A DNA stretch of 64,000 nt from an uncultured Spirochaetota bacterium (GTDB taxonomy: Bacteria; Spirochaetota; Spirochaetia; SZUA-6; CAVTHK01): NCBI GenBank assembly GCA_963734495.1, contig CAVTHK010000003.1, positions 288,001 to 352,000 of the forward strand, given 5' to 3'. The translations under genes and the position numbers were made by a program. Shown one piece after another: positions 54,453-62,977 of the stretch; positions within the stretch are counted from its first letter, which is position 1, and every line of letters begins with the position of its first letter. A model generated the notes under the pieces. It worked only from the letters and a program-made list of their open reading frames with translations, was not told the origin of the DNA and ran no database searches.

Positions 54453-54477
54453 AATGACCGGACACAGGAGAGGCGGA

Positions 54478-54879
54478 ATGGCTCTGGGCAGAATTGACCA
54501 CATCGACCTCATCGTCGAGGATCTCACAACGGCCGAGGAATACTTCACGACGAAGCTGGGGTTCAAGCTCCTCCGACGCACCGACCACGCCGGCAAGTCG
54601 ATCGAGCTCCAGTCTCCGGCGGGGGATTTCTTTTTCGACCTGCATCAGGGGACCGAGGAGCTGTACAAGGAAGAGCGGGAGCAGCCCGGCGGCCGCTGTC
54701 ACTTCGGGCACGTTGCGTTCCGAGTCAGGGACATAGAGAAGGAGATGAAGGACCTCAAGGCGAAGGGCGTGAAGCTGACGCGGGAGGCTCCGTACGACCA
54801 CCCGATCACCGGCCGCCGAATCGTCGGCGTGTCGGACGCCGACGGACGTTTCTGGCTTCAGCTGACGGAAAACAAGTAA
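54478..54879 (+). CDS. VOC (glyoxalase-like) family protein, paralog 1
   Basis: RIDHIDLIVEDL...GHVAFRVRDI...DADGRFWLQL. Confidence 0.88.
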   Translation: MALGRIDHIDLIVEDLTTAEEYFTTKLGFKLLRRTDHAGKSIELQSPAGDFFFDLHQGTEELYKEEREQPGGRCHFGHVAFRVRDIEKEMKDLKAKGVKLTREAPYDHPITGRRIVGVSDADGRFWLQLTENK

Positions 54880-54949
54880 CGCGAGTCGCAGCACGACGGC
54901 AGACCGCGGCTTCCTGCCGCGGCCGCACCGCGTTCGGGAGGGCACGCCT

Positions 54950-56098
54950 GTGAAAATAGTCGACGTCAAGACGTACGTTGTGGGCAATCCGCCCCCCCAC
55001 CGCGGCGGCCTCAACTGGGTGTTCCTCAAGCTCACCACGGACAGCGGCATCCACGGGTTCGGGGAGGCGTACTGGGTCCCCTTTGATGCGCGGACCGTCG
55101 TTCGCATGATCGAGGACATCGGGGAGCGGTACGCGATCGGCGCGGACCCGTTCAAGATCGAAGCCCTGTGGCGCCTCATGTACCGCCACGGTCACCCCGA
55201 CGTGACCAGGATGGCGGTGATCAGCGCCTTCGAGATGGCGTGCTGGGACATCGTCGGCAAGGAGCTCGACCAGCCGATCTACAACCTCCTCGGCGGCAAG
55301 ATCAACGAGCGGCTGCGGTCGTACAGCTATATCTATCCGTCGCCCGAAGAGGCCGACCAGTACATCCTGCAGACGGACCCCGAGCGCGCGCCGGCGGTCG
55401 CGGCCGAATACGTCAAGCGTGGCTTTACGGCGGTCAAGTTCGATCCTGCGCTGCCCTTGCTGCCCTCCGACCCGAGGCAACTCTCGCTCGAAGCGCTCGA
55501 CAGGGCGGAGCGGGTCGTTGGGAACATACGGGAGGCCGTGGGAACGCGGTGCGATCTGCTGGTCGGCACCCACGCGCAGATGACCACCTCCAGCGCCATC
55601 CGGCTCGCGAAGCGGATAGAGAAGTACGACCCGCTGTGGATCGAGGAGCCGGTGCCCCTCGAAAACTGCGACGAGATGGCGCGCGTCGCGCGGTCCACGA
55701 GCATCCCCGTGGCCACGGGCGAGAGGCTGTCGACGAAGTTCGAGTTCCGCGAGCTGCTCGAAAAGCAGGCCGCGGCGATCCTCCAGCCGGCCCTCGGGCG
55801 CGTGGGCGGAATCCTCGAAGCGAAAAAGATCGCCGGGATGGCCGAGGCCTACTACGCGCACATGGCGCCGCACCTGTGGTGCGGCCCCGTCGAGCTCGCA
55901 GCGAGCATCCAGCTCGGCGCCTGCTGTCCGAACTTCCTCATCCTGGAGATCATCGACACGCTGGGCGGGTTCTACGCCGAGATCCTGAAGAAGCCGTTCC
56001 GCTGGGAAGATGGGTACGTGATCCCTCCCGAAGAGCCGGGTCTCGGCATCGAGCTGAGCGAAGAGGTGATGGCGCAACATCCCAGCTATGCGGATTGA
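54950..56098 (+). CDS. Mandelate racemase/galactonate dehydratase-like enolase-superfamily enzyme
   Basis: WVFLKLTTDSGIHGFGE, MACWDIVGK...YNLLGG, VKFDP, WIEEP, ATGERL and PGLGIEL. Confidence 0.9.
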   Translation: MKIVDVKTYVVGNPPPHRGGLNWVFLKLTTDSGIHGFGEAYWVPFDARTVVRMIEDIGERYAIGADPFKIEALWRLMYRHGHPDVTRMAVISAFEMACWDIVGKELDQPIYNLLGGKINERLRSYSYIYPSPEEADQYILQTDPERAPAVAAEYVKRGFTAVKFDPALPLLPSDPRQLSLEALDRAERVVGNIREAVGTRCDLLVGTHAQMTTSSAIRLAKRIEKYDPLWIEEPVPLENCDEMARVARSTSIPVATGERLSTKFEFRELLEKQAAAILQPALGRVGGILEAKKIAGMAEAYYAHMAPHLWCGPVELAASIQLGACCPNFLILEIIDTLGGFYAEILKKPFRWEDGYVIPPEEPGLGIELSEEVMAQHPSYAD

Positions 56099-56128
56099 TC
56101 CGGTGGTACGCCCGTCCGGCAGAACAAC

Positions 56129-57106
56129 ATGCGAGCCTACGTAATCAGACGGCTTCTCATCGCGATCCCCACGCTGCTGCTCGCGAGCGTTCTAGTCTTC
56201 TTCGTGATCCAGCTCCTCCCGGGCGACATCACGGACATCATACAGGCCTCGCCCAGCGTCGAGAAGATCGACATCACCTCGATCAGGCACAACTTCGGGC
56301 TGGACGTCCCGCCGATCGTCCAATACGCCCGCTGGCTGGGGATTCTGCCTGGTCCCGAAGGCAAGTACGCCGGCGTGCTCCAGGGGGACTTCGGCGTTTC
56401 GTGGTGGAGGCAGGTGCCGGTGACGAGGCTGCTCGCCGGTCGCTGGCCGGTGACGCTGGAGCTCGGGCTGCTGGCCCTCATCGTGGCGCAGTTGATCGCC
56501 CTCCCTACGGGCGTGCTTTCCGCGCTCCGGCAGGATACCTGGGCCGACTACGTGGCGCGGGGTACGGCGATCTTCTGCATCGCGGTGCCCAGCTTCTGGC
56601 TGGGCACCATGATCATCGTCTTCCCGTCGATCTGGTGGGGCTACACTCCTCCGATCGGGCTGGTGCGCTTCGCGAAGGACCCATTGCGCAACTTGCAGAT
56701 GTTCCTCGTCCCCGCGATCGTCACCGGCATGGAGCTCTCGGGGATCACCATGAGGCTGACCCGGACGATGATGCTAGAGGTGCTCAGGCAGGACTACATC
56801 CGCACCGCCTGGGCCAAGGGCCTCAGGCAGAGGGTCATCGTGAACCGGCACGCGCTCAAGAATGCCATCATCCCGGTTGTCACGATCGTCGGGATGCAGC
56901 TCCCCATCATGGTCGGGGGCACGGTCATCGTCGAGCAGATCTTCAGCCTGCCGGGAATGGGGCGGCTGATCATAGACGCTACGCTCCAGCGCGATGAGCC
57001 GCTGTTGCGCGCGGAGGTGCTGCTCATCGCCGTGGTCCTCGTCGGGATCAATCTCGTGGTCGATCTCTCCTATGCGTACCTGGATCCGCGGATTCGCGCA
57101 GGCTGA
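56129..57106 (+). CDS. Peptide/nickel-type ABC permease (DppB-like)
   Basis: YVIRRLL, GDFGVS and MLEVLRQDYIRTAWAKGL...HALKNA. Confidence 0.93.
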   Translation: MRAYVIRRLLIAIPTLLLASVLVFFVIQLLPGDITDIIQASPSVEKIDITSIRHNFGLDVPPIVQYARWLGILPGPEGKYAGVLQGDFGVSWWRQVPVTRLLAGRWPVTLELGLLALIVAQLIALPTGVLSALRQDTWADYVARGTAIFCIAVPSFWLGTMIIVFPSIWWGYTPPIGLVRFAKDPLRNLQMFLVPAIVTGMELSGITMRLTRTMMLEVLRQDYIRTAWAKGLRQRVIVNRHALKNAIIPVVTIVGMQLPIMVGGTVIVEQIFSLPGMGRLIIDATLQRDEPLLRAEVLLIAVVLVGINLVVDLSYAYLDPRIRAG

Positions 57107-57127
57107 CGGCGCGGCTGACGAGGTGGG

Positions 57128-58060
57128 GTGATGACGGACACCGCGCGGAAACGCGCCCGGGCAGGCAGACAACTGCGCGCGATCGCCGACTTCGCGAAGC
57201 GCCTCGTCCGCGAGAAGCCGCTGGGCGCGGTCGGCGCCGCGATCACGCTTGTTCTTCTGCTCGCGGGGATTTTTGCCGACTGGCTGGCGCCCTACGGGAT
57301 GAACGAGGCCCACGTCGGCAGCTTCCTGTCGCCGCCGTCCAAGACATTCCTGCTGGGCACCGACAACGTGGGGCGGGACATTCTCTCCCGCGTGATCTTC
57401 GGCGCCCGCGTTTCGGTGTTCGTGGGTCTGATCGCGTCCTCGGTCGCTACCGTGCTCTCTGTGATCATCGGCGTCGTAAGTGGCTACATGGGAGGGAAAG
57501 TCGACCTGCTCGTGCAGCGCGTCGTCGACACATGGATGTCTTTTCCTCAGCTGGTCCTCATGATGGTCATGATGGGGGTGATCGGGCCGGGCATCTGGCA
57601 GGTGAACGTGGTCCTCGGGATATCGTGGGGCATCGTCGGCTCCAGAATCCTCCGCAGCGCCGTCATCGCCGTCAAGGAGAACCAGTACGTGGCCGCGGCG
57701 CGGGCGGTCGGGATCTCGACGACGCGGATCCTCGTGCGGCACATCCTGCCCAACATCATGGCGCCGACGATCATCCTTTTCACGACCCGCGTTCCCAACG
57801 TAATCCTCACCGAAGCGAGCCTGAGCTTCCTTGGGTTCGGCATCCCTGCGCCGACCCCGACCTGGGGCGGGATGCTGAGCGGCAGCGGGCGGTCGTACAT
57901 GTACATGGCCCCATGGATGGTCGTCTGGCCGGGCCTGGCGCTGGCGACCGTGGTCTGGGGAGTGAACATGTTCGGCGACGCTGTGAGGGACCTGCTCGAC
58001 CCCAAGCTGAGGGGCGGAGCGGGAAGATTCGACGCCGGGGCTGCACGACCCGCGAAGTGA
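57128..58060 (+). CDS. Peptide/nickel-type ABC permease (DppC-like)
   Basis: LLGTDNVGRDILSRVIFGAR, YVAAARAVG...HILPN, EASLSFLGFG and GDAVRDLLDP. Confidence 0.93.
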   Translation: MMTDTARKRARAGRQLRAIADFAKRLVREKPLGAVGAAITLVLLLAGIFADWLAPYGMNEAHVGSFLSPPSKTFLLGTDNVGRDILSRVIFGARVSVFVGLIASSVATVLSVIIGVVSGYMGGKVDLLVQRVVDTWMSFPQLVLMMVMMGVIGPGIWQVNVVLGISWGIVGSRILRSAVIAVKENQYVAAARAVGISTTRILVRHILPNIMAPTIILFTTRVPNVILTEASLSFLGFGIPAPTPTWGGMLSGSGRSYMYMAPWMVVWPGLALATVVWGVNMFGDAVRDLLDPKLRGGAGRFDAGAARPAK

Positions 58061-58081
58061 TCCCGCGCAAAGGAGCGAGCA

Positions 58082-59146
58082 TTGGCTTCCAAGGACAGTC
58101 GAAGGGTCGAATACGACAAGCTCGTCGCCCACGCGGCAAAGGTGCTGCGGAGCCTTGGGGTGCCGGAGGGTGATGCCTGGACCACCGGCCGTCTCCTCAC
58201 GGCGGCGGACCTCCGAGGGGTCGACTCCCACGGCGTGGTGAGTCTCGTCCCGTTCTACGCCAAGGGCATCCGCGAGGGACGCATCAACCCGCGCGCGGAC
58301 ATCAAGGTAGTCACCAGGAGCGCGGCCGCCGCGGTCGTGGACGGCGACCGTGGGCTCGGCTTTGTCGTGGGCGACCGGGCCATGAGAGAGGCGATGGGCC
58401 TTGCCGAGGCCGCCGGGGTCGGGGCGGTCACCGTGAGGAACAGCACGCATTTCGGGGCCGCATTCGTGTATACGATGATCGCCCTCGAGCGCGACATGAT
58501 CGGGATCGCCATGACTAATCCCAACCCGGAGGTGATCCCGCCGGGCGCCGCAAAGCCCGGCGTAGGCACCAACCCGATCGCAGTGGCCGTCCCCGCCGGG
58601 CGGTATGCCCCGTTCGTCCTCGACATGGCGACTTCCGTGGTCGCTTCGGGGAAGCTGCGGAAGGCTCAGCTGGAAGGAAGAGGGATCCCCCCCGGCTGGG
58701 CGATCGACAAAGGCGGAGAGCCTATCACGGACCCGGCGAAGCGTTCGTCGGGCGAAGGCGGACTGCTGCCGCTCGGCGGCACGCCGGAGCTCGGCGCATG
58801 GAAAGGGTTCGGGCTCGGCGTCCTCGTGGAGATCCTGTGCGGCGTGCTGTCGGGCGCGTCCGCGAGCATCCTCCGCAACGTCCCGATCGCGTCGGATCAC
58901 TTCTTCGCCGCACTGAGGATCGGCAGCTTCCTCCCGGTAGAGAAATTCAAGGACTCCATGGACCGCATGATCGATTCGCTCAAGGCGCTGCCGAGGCTGC
59001 CGGGCGTCGATCGGGTGACGCTGGCGGGCGAGCTCGAGGCGGAGATCGCCCAGGACCGCAGGGCGAACGGCGTGCCTTTGCATCCGAAGACGCTGCGGGA
59101 GATCGAGGAGCTGTCGAAGGAGCTCGGGATCGATTGCGACCTGTAA
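58082..59146 (+). CDS. Ldh_2 (type-2 malate/L-lactate/sulfolactate dehydrogenase) family oxidoreductase
   Basis: DLRGVDSHG, VRNSTHFG, GTNPIA, LDMATS and LLPLGG...KGFGL; TTG start after AAGGAG. Confidence 0.9.
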   Translation: MASKDSRRVEYDKLVAHAAKVLRSLGVPEGDAWTTGRLLTAADLRGVDSHGVVSLVPFYAKGIREGRINPRADIKVVTRSAAAAVVDGDRGLGFVVGDRAMREAMGLAEAAGVGAVTVRNSTHFGAAFVYTMIALERDMIGIAMTNPNPEVIPPGAAKPGVGTNPIAVAVPAGRYAPFVLDMATSVVASGKLRKAQLEGRGIPPGWAIDKGGEPITDPAKRSSGEGGLLPLGGTPELGAWKGFGLGVLVEILCGVLSGASASILRNVPIASDHFFAALRIGSFLPVEKFKDSMDRMIDSLKALPRLPGVDRVTLAGELEAEIAQDRRANGVPLHPKTLREIEELSKELGIDCDL

Positions 59147-59193
59147 TCTGATCGGCAGCGCGCCGTTCATCCGGACCGATAGGGAGGTGAGAG

Positions 59194-59607
59194 ATGGCAC
59201 TCGGCAGACTCGACCACATCGACCTTCTCGTCGACGACCTGGAAAGAGCCGAACAGTTCTTTGTCGGGAAGATGGGATTCAGGCTTCGCAGGCGCACCGA
59301 GCACGCGGGCAAGTCGGTGGAGCTGACGTCGCCGGCCGGCGATTTCTTTCTTGACCTGCATCAAAAGACCCCGGAGCTGTACGACGCCTGGAAGAAAGGG
59401 GCGCTCGACGGCCCGGGCCCCGTGTGTTTCCAGCATATCGCGTTTCGCGCGAGCGACGTGGGCGCGGAGTTCGAGAGGCTCAAGAAGAGCGGCGTCGCGT
59501 TCTGGCAGGACAAGCCGTTCACGCATCCCGTGACGGGACGCAAGATCGCCGACGCGAAGGACGCCGACAACCGCTACTGGATCCAGCTTACCGAAGGCGA
59601 CGACTAG
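59194..59607 (+). CDS. VOC family protein, paralog 2
   Basis: RLDHIDLLVDDL...QHIAFRASDV; clearly similar to 54478-54879. Confidence 0.88.
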   Translation: MALGRLDHIDLLVDDLERAEQFFVGKMGFRLRRRTEHAGKSVELTSPAGDFFLDLHQKTPELYDAWKKGALDGPGPVCFQHIAFRASDVGAEFERLKKSGVAFWQDKPFTHPVTGRKIADAKDADNRYWIQLTEGDD

Positions 59608-59611
59608 CGCC

Positions 59612-59810
59612 CGCATGATCGCGATCCGCTTCGCGTCGAATCTGGCGGGCACCGACTGCGCGAAGAACTCACTCTGCGAGTCGTCGCGGCCGCAGGTGCA
59701 GAAGAAGTACTTGAAGCCGCGCTCGGTGAGGCGCACGGCGGTCACGCTGTAGCCGATGTTCACCTTTTTCGCGTTCTCGTAGACGTTGCTCGCGGGCTCG
59801 CAGAAGCGGC
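59612..59810 (-). pseudogene. Internal fragment of a LivK-like branched-chain amino-acid binding protein
   Basis: FCEPASNVYENAKKVNIGYSVTAVRLTERGFKYFFCTCGRDDSQSEFFA...KRIAIM resembles the LivJ/K ST...LT..G..YFFRT..RDD.Q segment; both ends are missing. Confidence 0.6.
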
Positions 59811-59925
59811 GGACCTGCGCGCCGACCCCGGGGTGCAGGCGGCGTACCTCGGCGGCCGCGCGCTCGAGCGCCGCCGCGCCGCCGGCCAGGCCGACGCCGG
59901 CGCTTGAGGGCCCCCGGCGCGGGCC

Positions 59926-61499
59926 CTACTTGCGCAGGTAGGCGAGCTTCGCGGGAAGCGGCAGGTTGTTCCCGAAGTCGTCTTCGCCGTAGCCGCTTTC
60001 GGCCAGCAGCTTGATGTCCTCGAGCACCCTGCGGTCCCCGTAGAAGGACACCGTCACGTCCATCTCCATGTCGATCTTGCCGATCGCCAGAAGCTGGGTG
60101 AGGGCCCGCGTCACGAACTCCGGCCGCGTCTCGTCCTCGCGCATCGAGACGTCCTCGAGCGTGAGGTTCCGCTCGTAGAGCACGATCTTGTTGCGCGTGA
60201 ACATCTCGTGCGCGACCTCGCGGACGAAAGCGGCCGGGTCCTCGTCCGGGCTGTCGTTCAGGTTGCAGCGGTAGACCTCGAGAGCGAGGAGCCTGCGCTT
60301 GACCGCGCTGATCTTCTCGTTGGCGCGGAACAGGTCGAGGGTGAACCCCGCGTTGTAGGTCTCCTTTTCCAGCTTCATCGCCACGTCGCTGCCGTAGTGG
60401 GCGACGATCTTGGCGACCATCGTCGAAGGCCGCACGTGGAAGCCCCGGTAGCGCGGCACCGGCACGGTGACGTGCCCCTGGATGGCGTAGCGGCGCAGCA
60501 TCTCGTGGCAGAGGCCGCGGGTCGTGAGCATGTAGCGGCTGGCGAACGCGAGGGAGTAGCTCATCAGCACGCCGAGGACCTCGGTGGGGTCGACGATCGG
60601 TCCGTCGGCCGCGGCGCCCGGGCCCGGGCTCTGCGGGTCGCCGCCAGGGCCCCTGCGCGACGCGAAGCTCAGGATGTGGCGCTCGCAGTAGTGGGCGAGG
60701 GCCGTCGCGGTCTCGAGCAGGTGATAGATGACCGAGACGTGGCCCCGCAGCACCGGGAGGTCGGCGTCGAGGCTCTCGACGTTGGTCTCGGAGATGTGGG
60801 TGTCGTACAGGGACTGCAGGTTGTGGAACCGCTGCTCGAGATCGCGCAGGCGCGCTTCGTTGATCGGTTCGGGGATCCAGTCCGCGTAGTGGTCCGGTTT
60901 CTCCTGCTGCGTGACGTGGATGAACTTGCCGTCCTCGGCGAGGTTCAGAAAGGCGGTGGCGACGCGCGTCGACGGTCTCCTCGGGCGAGGCGGCTTTCTC
61001 GCTGGTGCGGTCGGCCGGGAGATGACCCCGCGCGAGCGTCTCGACGTAGGCGTCCCCGGGGCCGCCCTCCTCGCGCAGCGTCAGGCCGAGGCCGCCGGCC
61101 GCGGCGATGAGCGCCTCGAGGCTGCGCCGCAGGATGCCGCAGACGACCTCGAGGGCCTGCGGTCGTGGCCGCCGGGAAGTCCCGCTCCACCGGCAGCAGC
61201 CGGTAGGCGGGCAGGAACAGCAGGATGTGCTGGAGCTGGTAGGCCACGCCCGAGAACAGCTTGATCGTCGCGGTCAGACGGCGCAGCGGGTACCAGCGCC
61301 TGTTGCGGCCCGCGCCGTACACGTCGAGGATCTCTTCGAGCTCGCTGGCGGCGCCCAGCATCCCGTGGAGCAGGGGGCGCGTGAAGCAGGCCGCCCCGCT
61401 CGTCGCTGCCGCACACCGCGGCGGCGCTGGCCGAGAAGCTCGCCGGTGCAGCCCCCGACCACCGCTCAGAAGACGTTCCTCGGGCAGGAGGGAATCCAT
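59926..61499 (-). CDS. Large protein with a C-terminal interrupted HPr-like domain (frameshifted)
   Basis: VTVPVPRYRGFHVRPSTMVAKIVAHYGSDVAM carries the HPr His15 motif, after about 330 aa of helical N-terminal domain. Confidence 0.75.
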
Positions 61500-61595
61500 G
61501 TTCGTCCGGGTCCAAGAGTAGCCGCGCCGGTGCGTTTCGGCAAGACGCACGGGGCCTGTGAGCGACGCCGGGGCGCACGGCCTACCGCGCCCGGC

Positions 61596-62639
61596 TCAGC
61601 CGATCCGACGGCCTTCCGCTCCCGGTCGGAGACGAAGCTCGCGTCGAGGTAGCGCTGCACCTTGAGGCCGTTGGCAAAGTCGCTCTCGTCGTCGCGGCGC
61701 GTCGCGGATCGCCTTGACGAAGCGCTGGTAGTTCGAAGGCGTGGGCTCGGCCTCGATGGTCTCCCACTCCCGGGCGGCGATCGTGTAGAGGTAGCAGGCG
61801 GTCTGGGAGCGGTCGAAGTCGACCTCGATCGTCCCCTTGTCGCCGTAGACCCTGATGAACTCGCGGTTGACGTATGCCGGAGCCCACCGCGTCGAGTGGA
61901 TGGTCCCGATCACGCCGGAGGCGAAGGTCACCGTCGCGACCATGCTGTCGTTCGCGTCGAGGACGTACTCGCCGATGCGGTTCCCGGGCACGCCCTTGTC
62001 GTAGGTCTCGAGCCGGCAGTACAGCTCGGCGATGTCGCCGCAGAGGAAGGCGGCCATGTCGTAGATGTGGCAGCCCAGGTCGCCGAGCACGCCCTGGCTG
62101 CCGTGGCGGGTGGAGAGGCGCCAGGTCAGGCGCGGGTTGTTCCGCCAGTCGCCCCAGTCGGATGCGGCGAGCCAGCTCTGCAGGTAGCTCGCCTCCATGT
62201 GCCGGATCGCGCCGATGCGCCCGAGCCGGATCAGGTCGCGCGCCTTCTGCAGGCCCGACGCGTTGCGCTTGGAGTAGTTGACCATCGCCGACGACGCCCG
62301 CCTTCTGCCAGGCCGCGACCATGCGCTCCGCGTCGGCGAGCGTCGAGGCCATGGGCTTCTCGCAGAGCACGGGCACGCCTGCGGCGAGCGCCTCGATCGC
62401 GGCCTCGGCGTGGGCCCTGTCGGGCGTGACGATGGACACGCCGTCGAGCTTCTCCTTTGCCAGCATCTCCCGGTAGTCGGCGTAGCGGCGCGGGATCTTC
62501 GTGCGCGTCGCAGAACGCGGACAGGTTCTCCGGCGGAGATGTCGCTGCCCGCGACCACGCTCACGCCCTTCATCTCCTGATAGGCCTTGACGTGGGTCTT
62601 CGCCATGGATCCGGTGCCGATGATGCCGAGCTTGAGCAC
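61596..62639 (-). CDS. Gfo/Idh/MocA oxidoreductase (frameshifted; end approximate)
   Basis: LKLGIIGTGSMA, VSIVTPDRAH, VLCEKPMA and GVLGDLGCHIYD. Confidence 0.9.
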   Translation of the reverse strand: MLKLGIIGTGSMAKTHVKAYQEMKGVSVVAGSDISAGEPVRVLRRARRSRAATPTTGRCWQRRSSTACPSSRPTGPTPRPRSRRSPQACPCSARSPWPRRSPTRSAWSRPGRRRASSAMVNYSKRNASGLQKARDLIRLGRIGAIRHMEASYLQSWLAASDWGDWRNNPRLTWRLSTRHGSQGVLGDLGCHIYDMAAFLCGDIAELYCRLETYDKGVPGNRIGEYVLDANDSMVATVTFASGVIGTIHSTRWAPAYVNREFIRVYGDKGTIEVDFDRSQTACYLYTIAAREWETIEAEPTPSNYQRFVKAIRDAPRRRERLCQRPQGAALPRRELRLRPGAEGRRIG

Positions 62640-62655
62640 GCTCCCTCCCGCGAGG

Positions 62656-62977
62656 CTAGGAGCCGCAGCAGCCGCCCTGCGGAGCGGAGTTGCCGCAGGC
62701 GCGCAGGAACCGCAGTCCGGCTGCCGCGCAGCCAGCTCCCGACCACGGCCGCCGCGCAGCCGACGCCCGCCTGCACGCTGATGGCGCCGGCGCTGCAGTT
62801 GCGCGCGCAGGCGCCGCACTCGATGCAGGCGTCGCGGTCCACGATGGCGACGCGCTTCGCTGCGCGCGCGAGCACCGCGCGCGGACAGACCTCGAGGCAG
62901 CGCAGGCAGCCGGTGCAGCGCTCCTCGTCCAGGGCGAGGGTCACGACGTTGCGCAGGTACCTCACGGCCGCGCTCAC
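62656..62977 (-). CDS. hgcB: Mercury methylation ferredoxin HgcB (tail frameshifted)
   Basis: RYLRNVVTL, CTGCLRCLEVCP, CIECGACARNC, GVGCAAA; terminal GGCCGS-stop in a shifted frame; GTGA overlap with hgcA. Confidence 0.93.
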
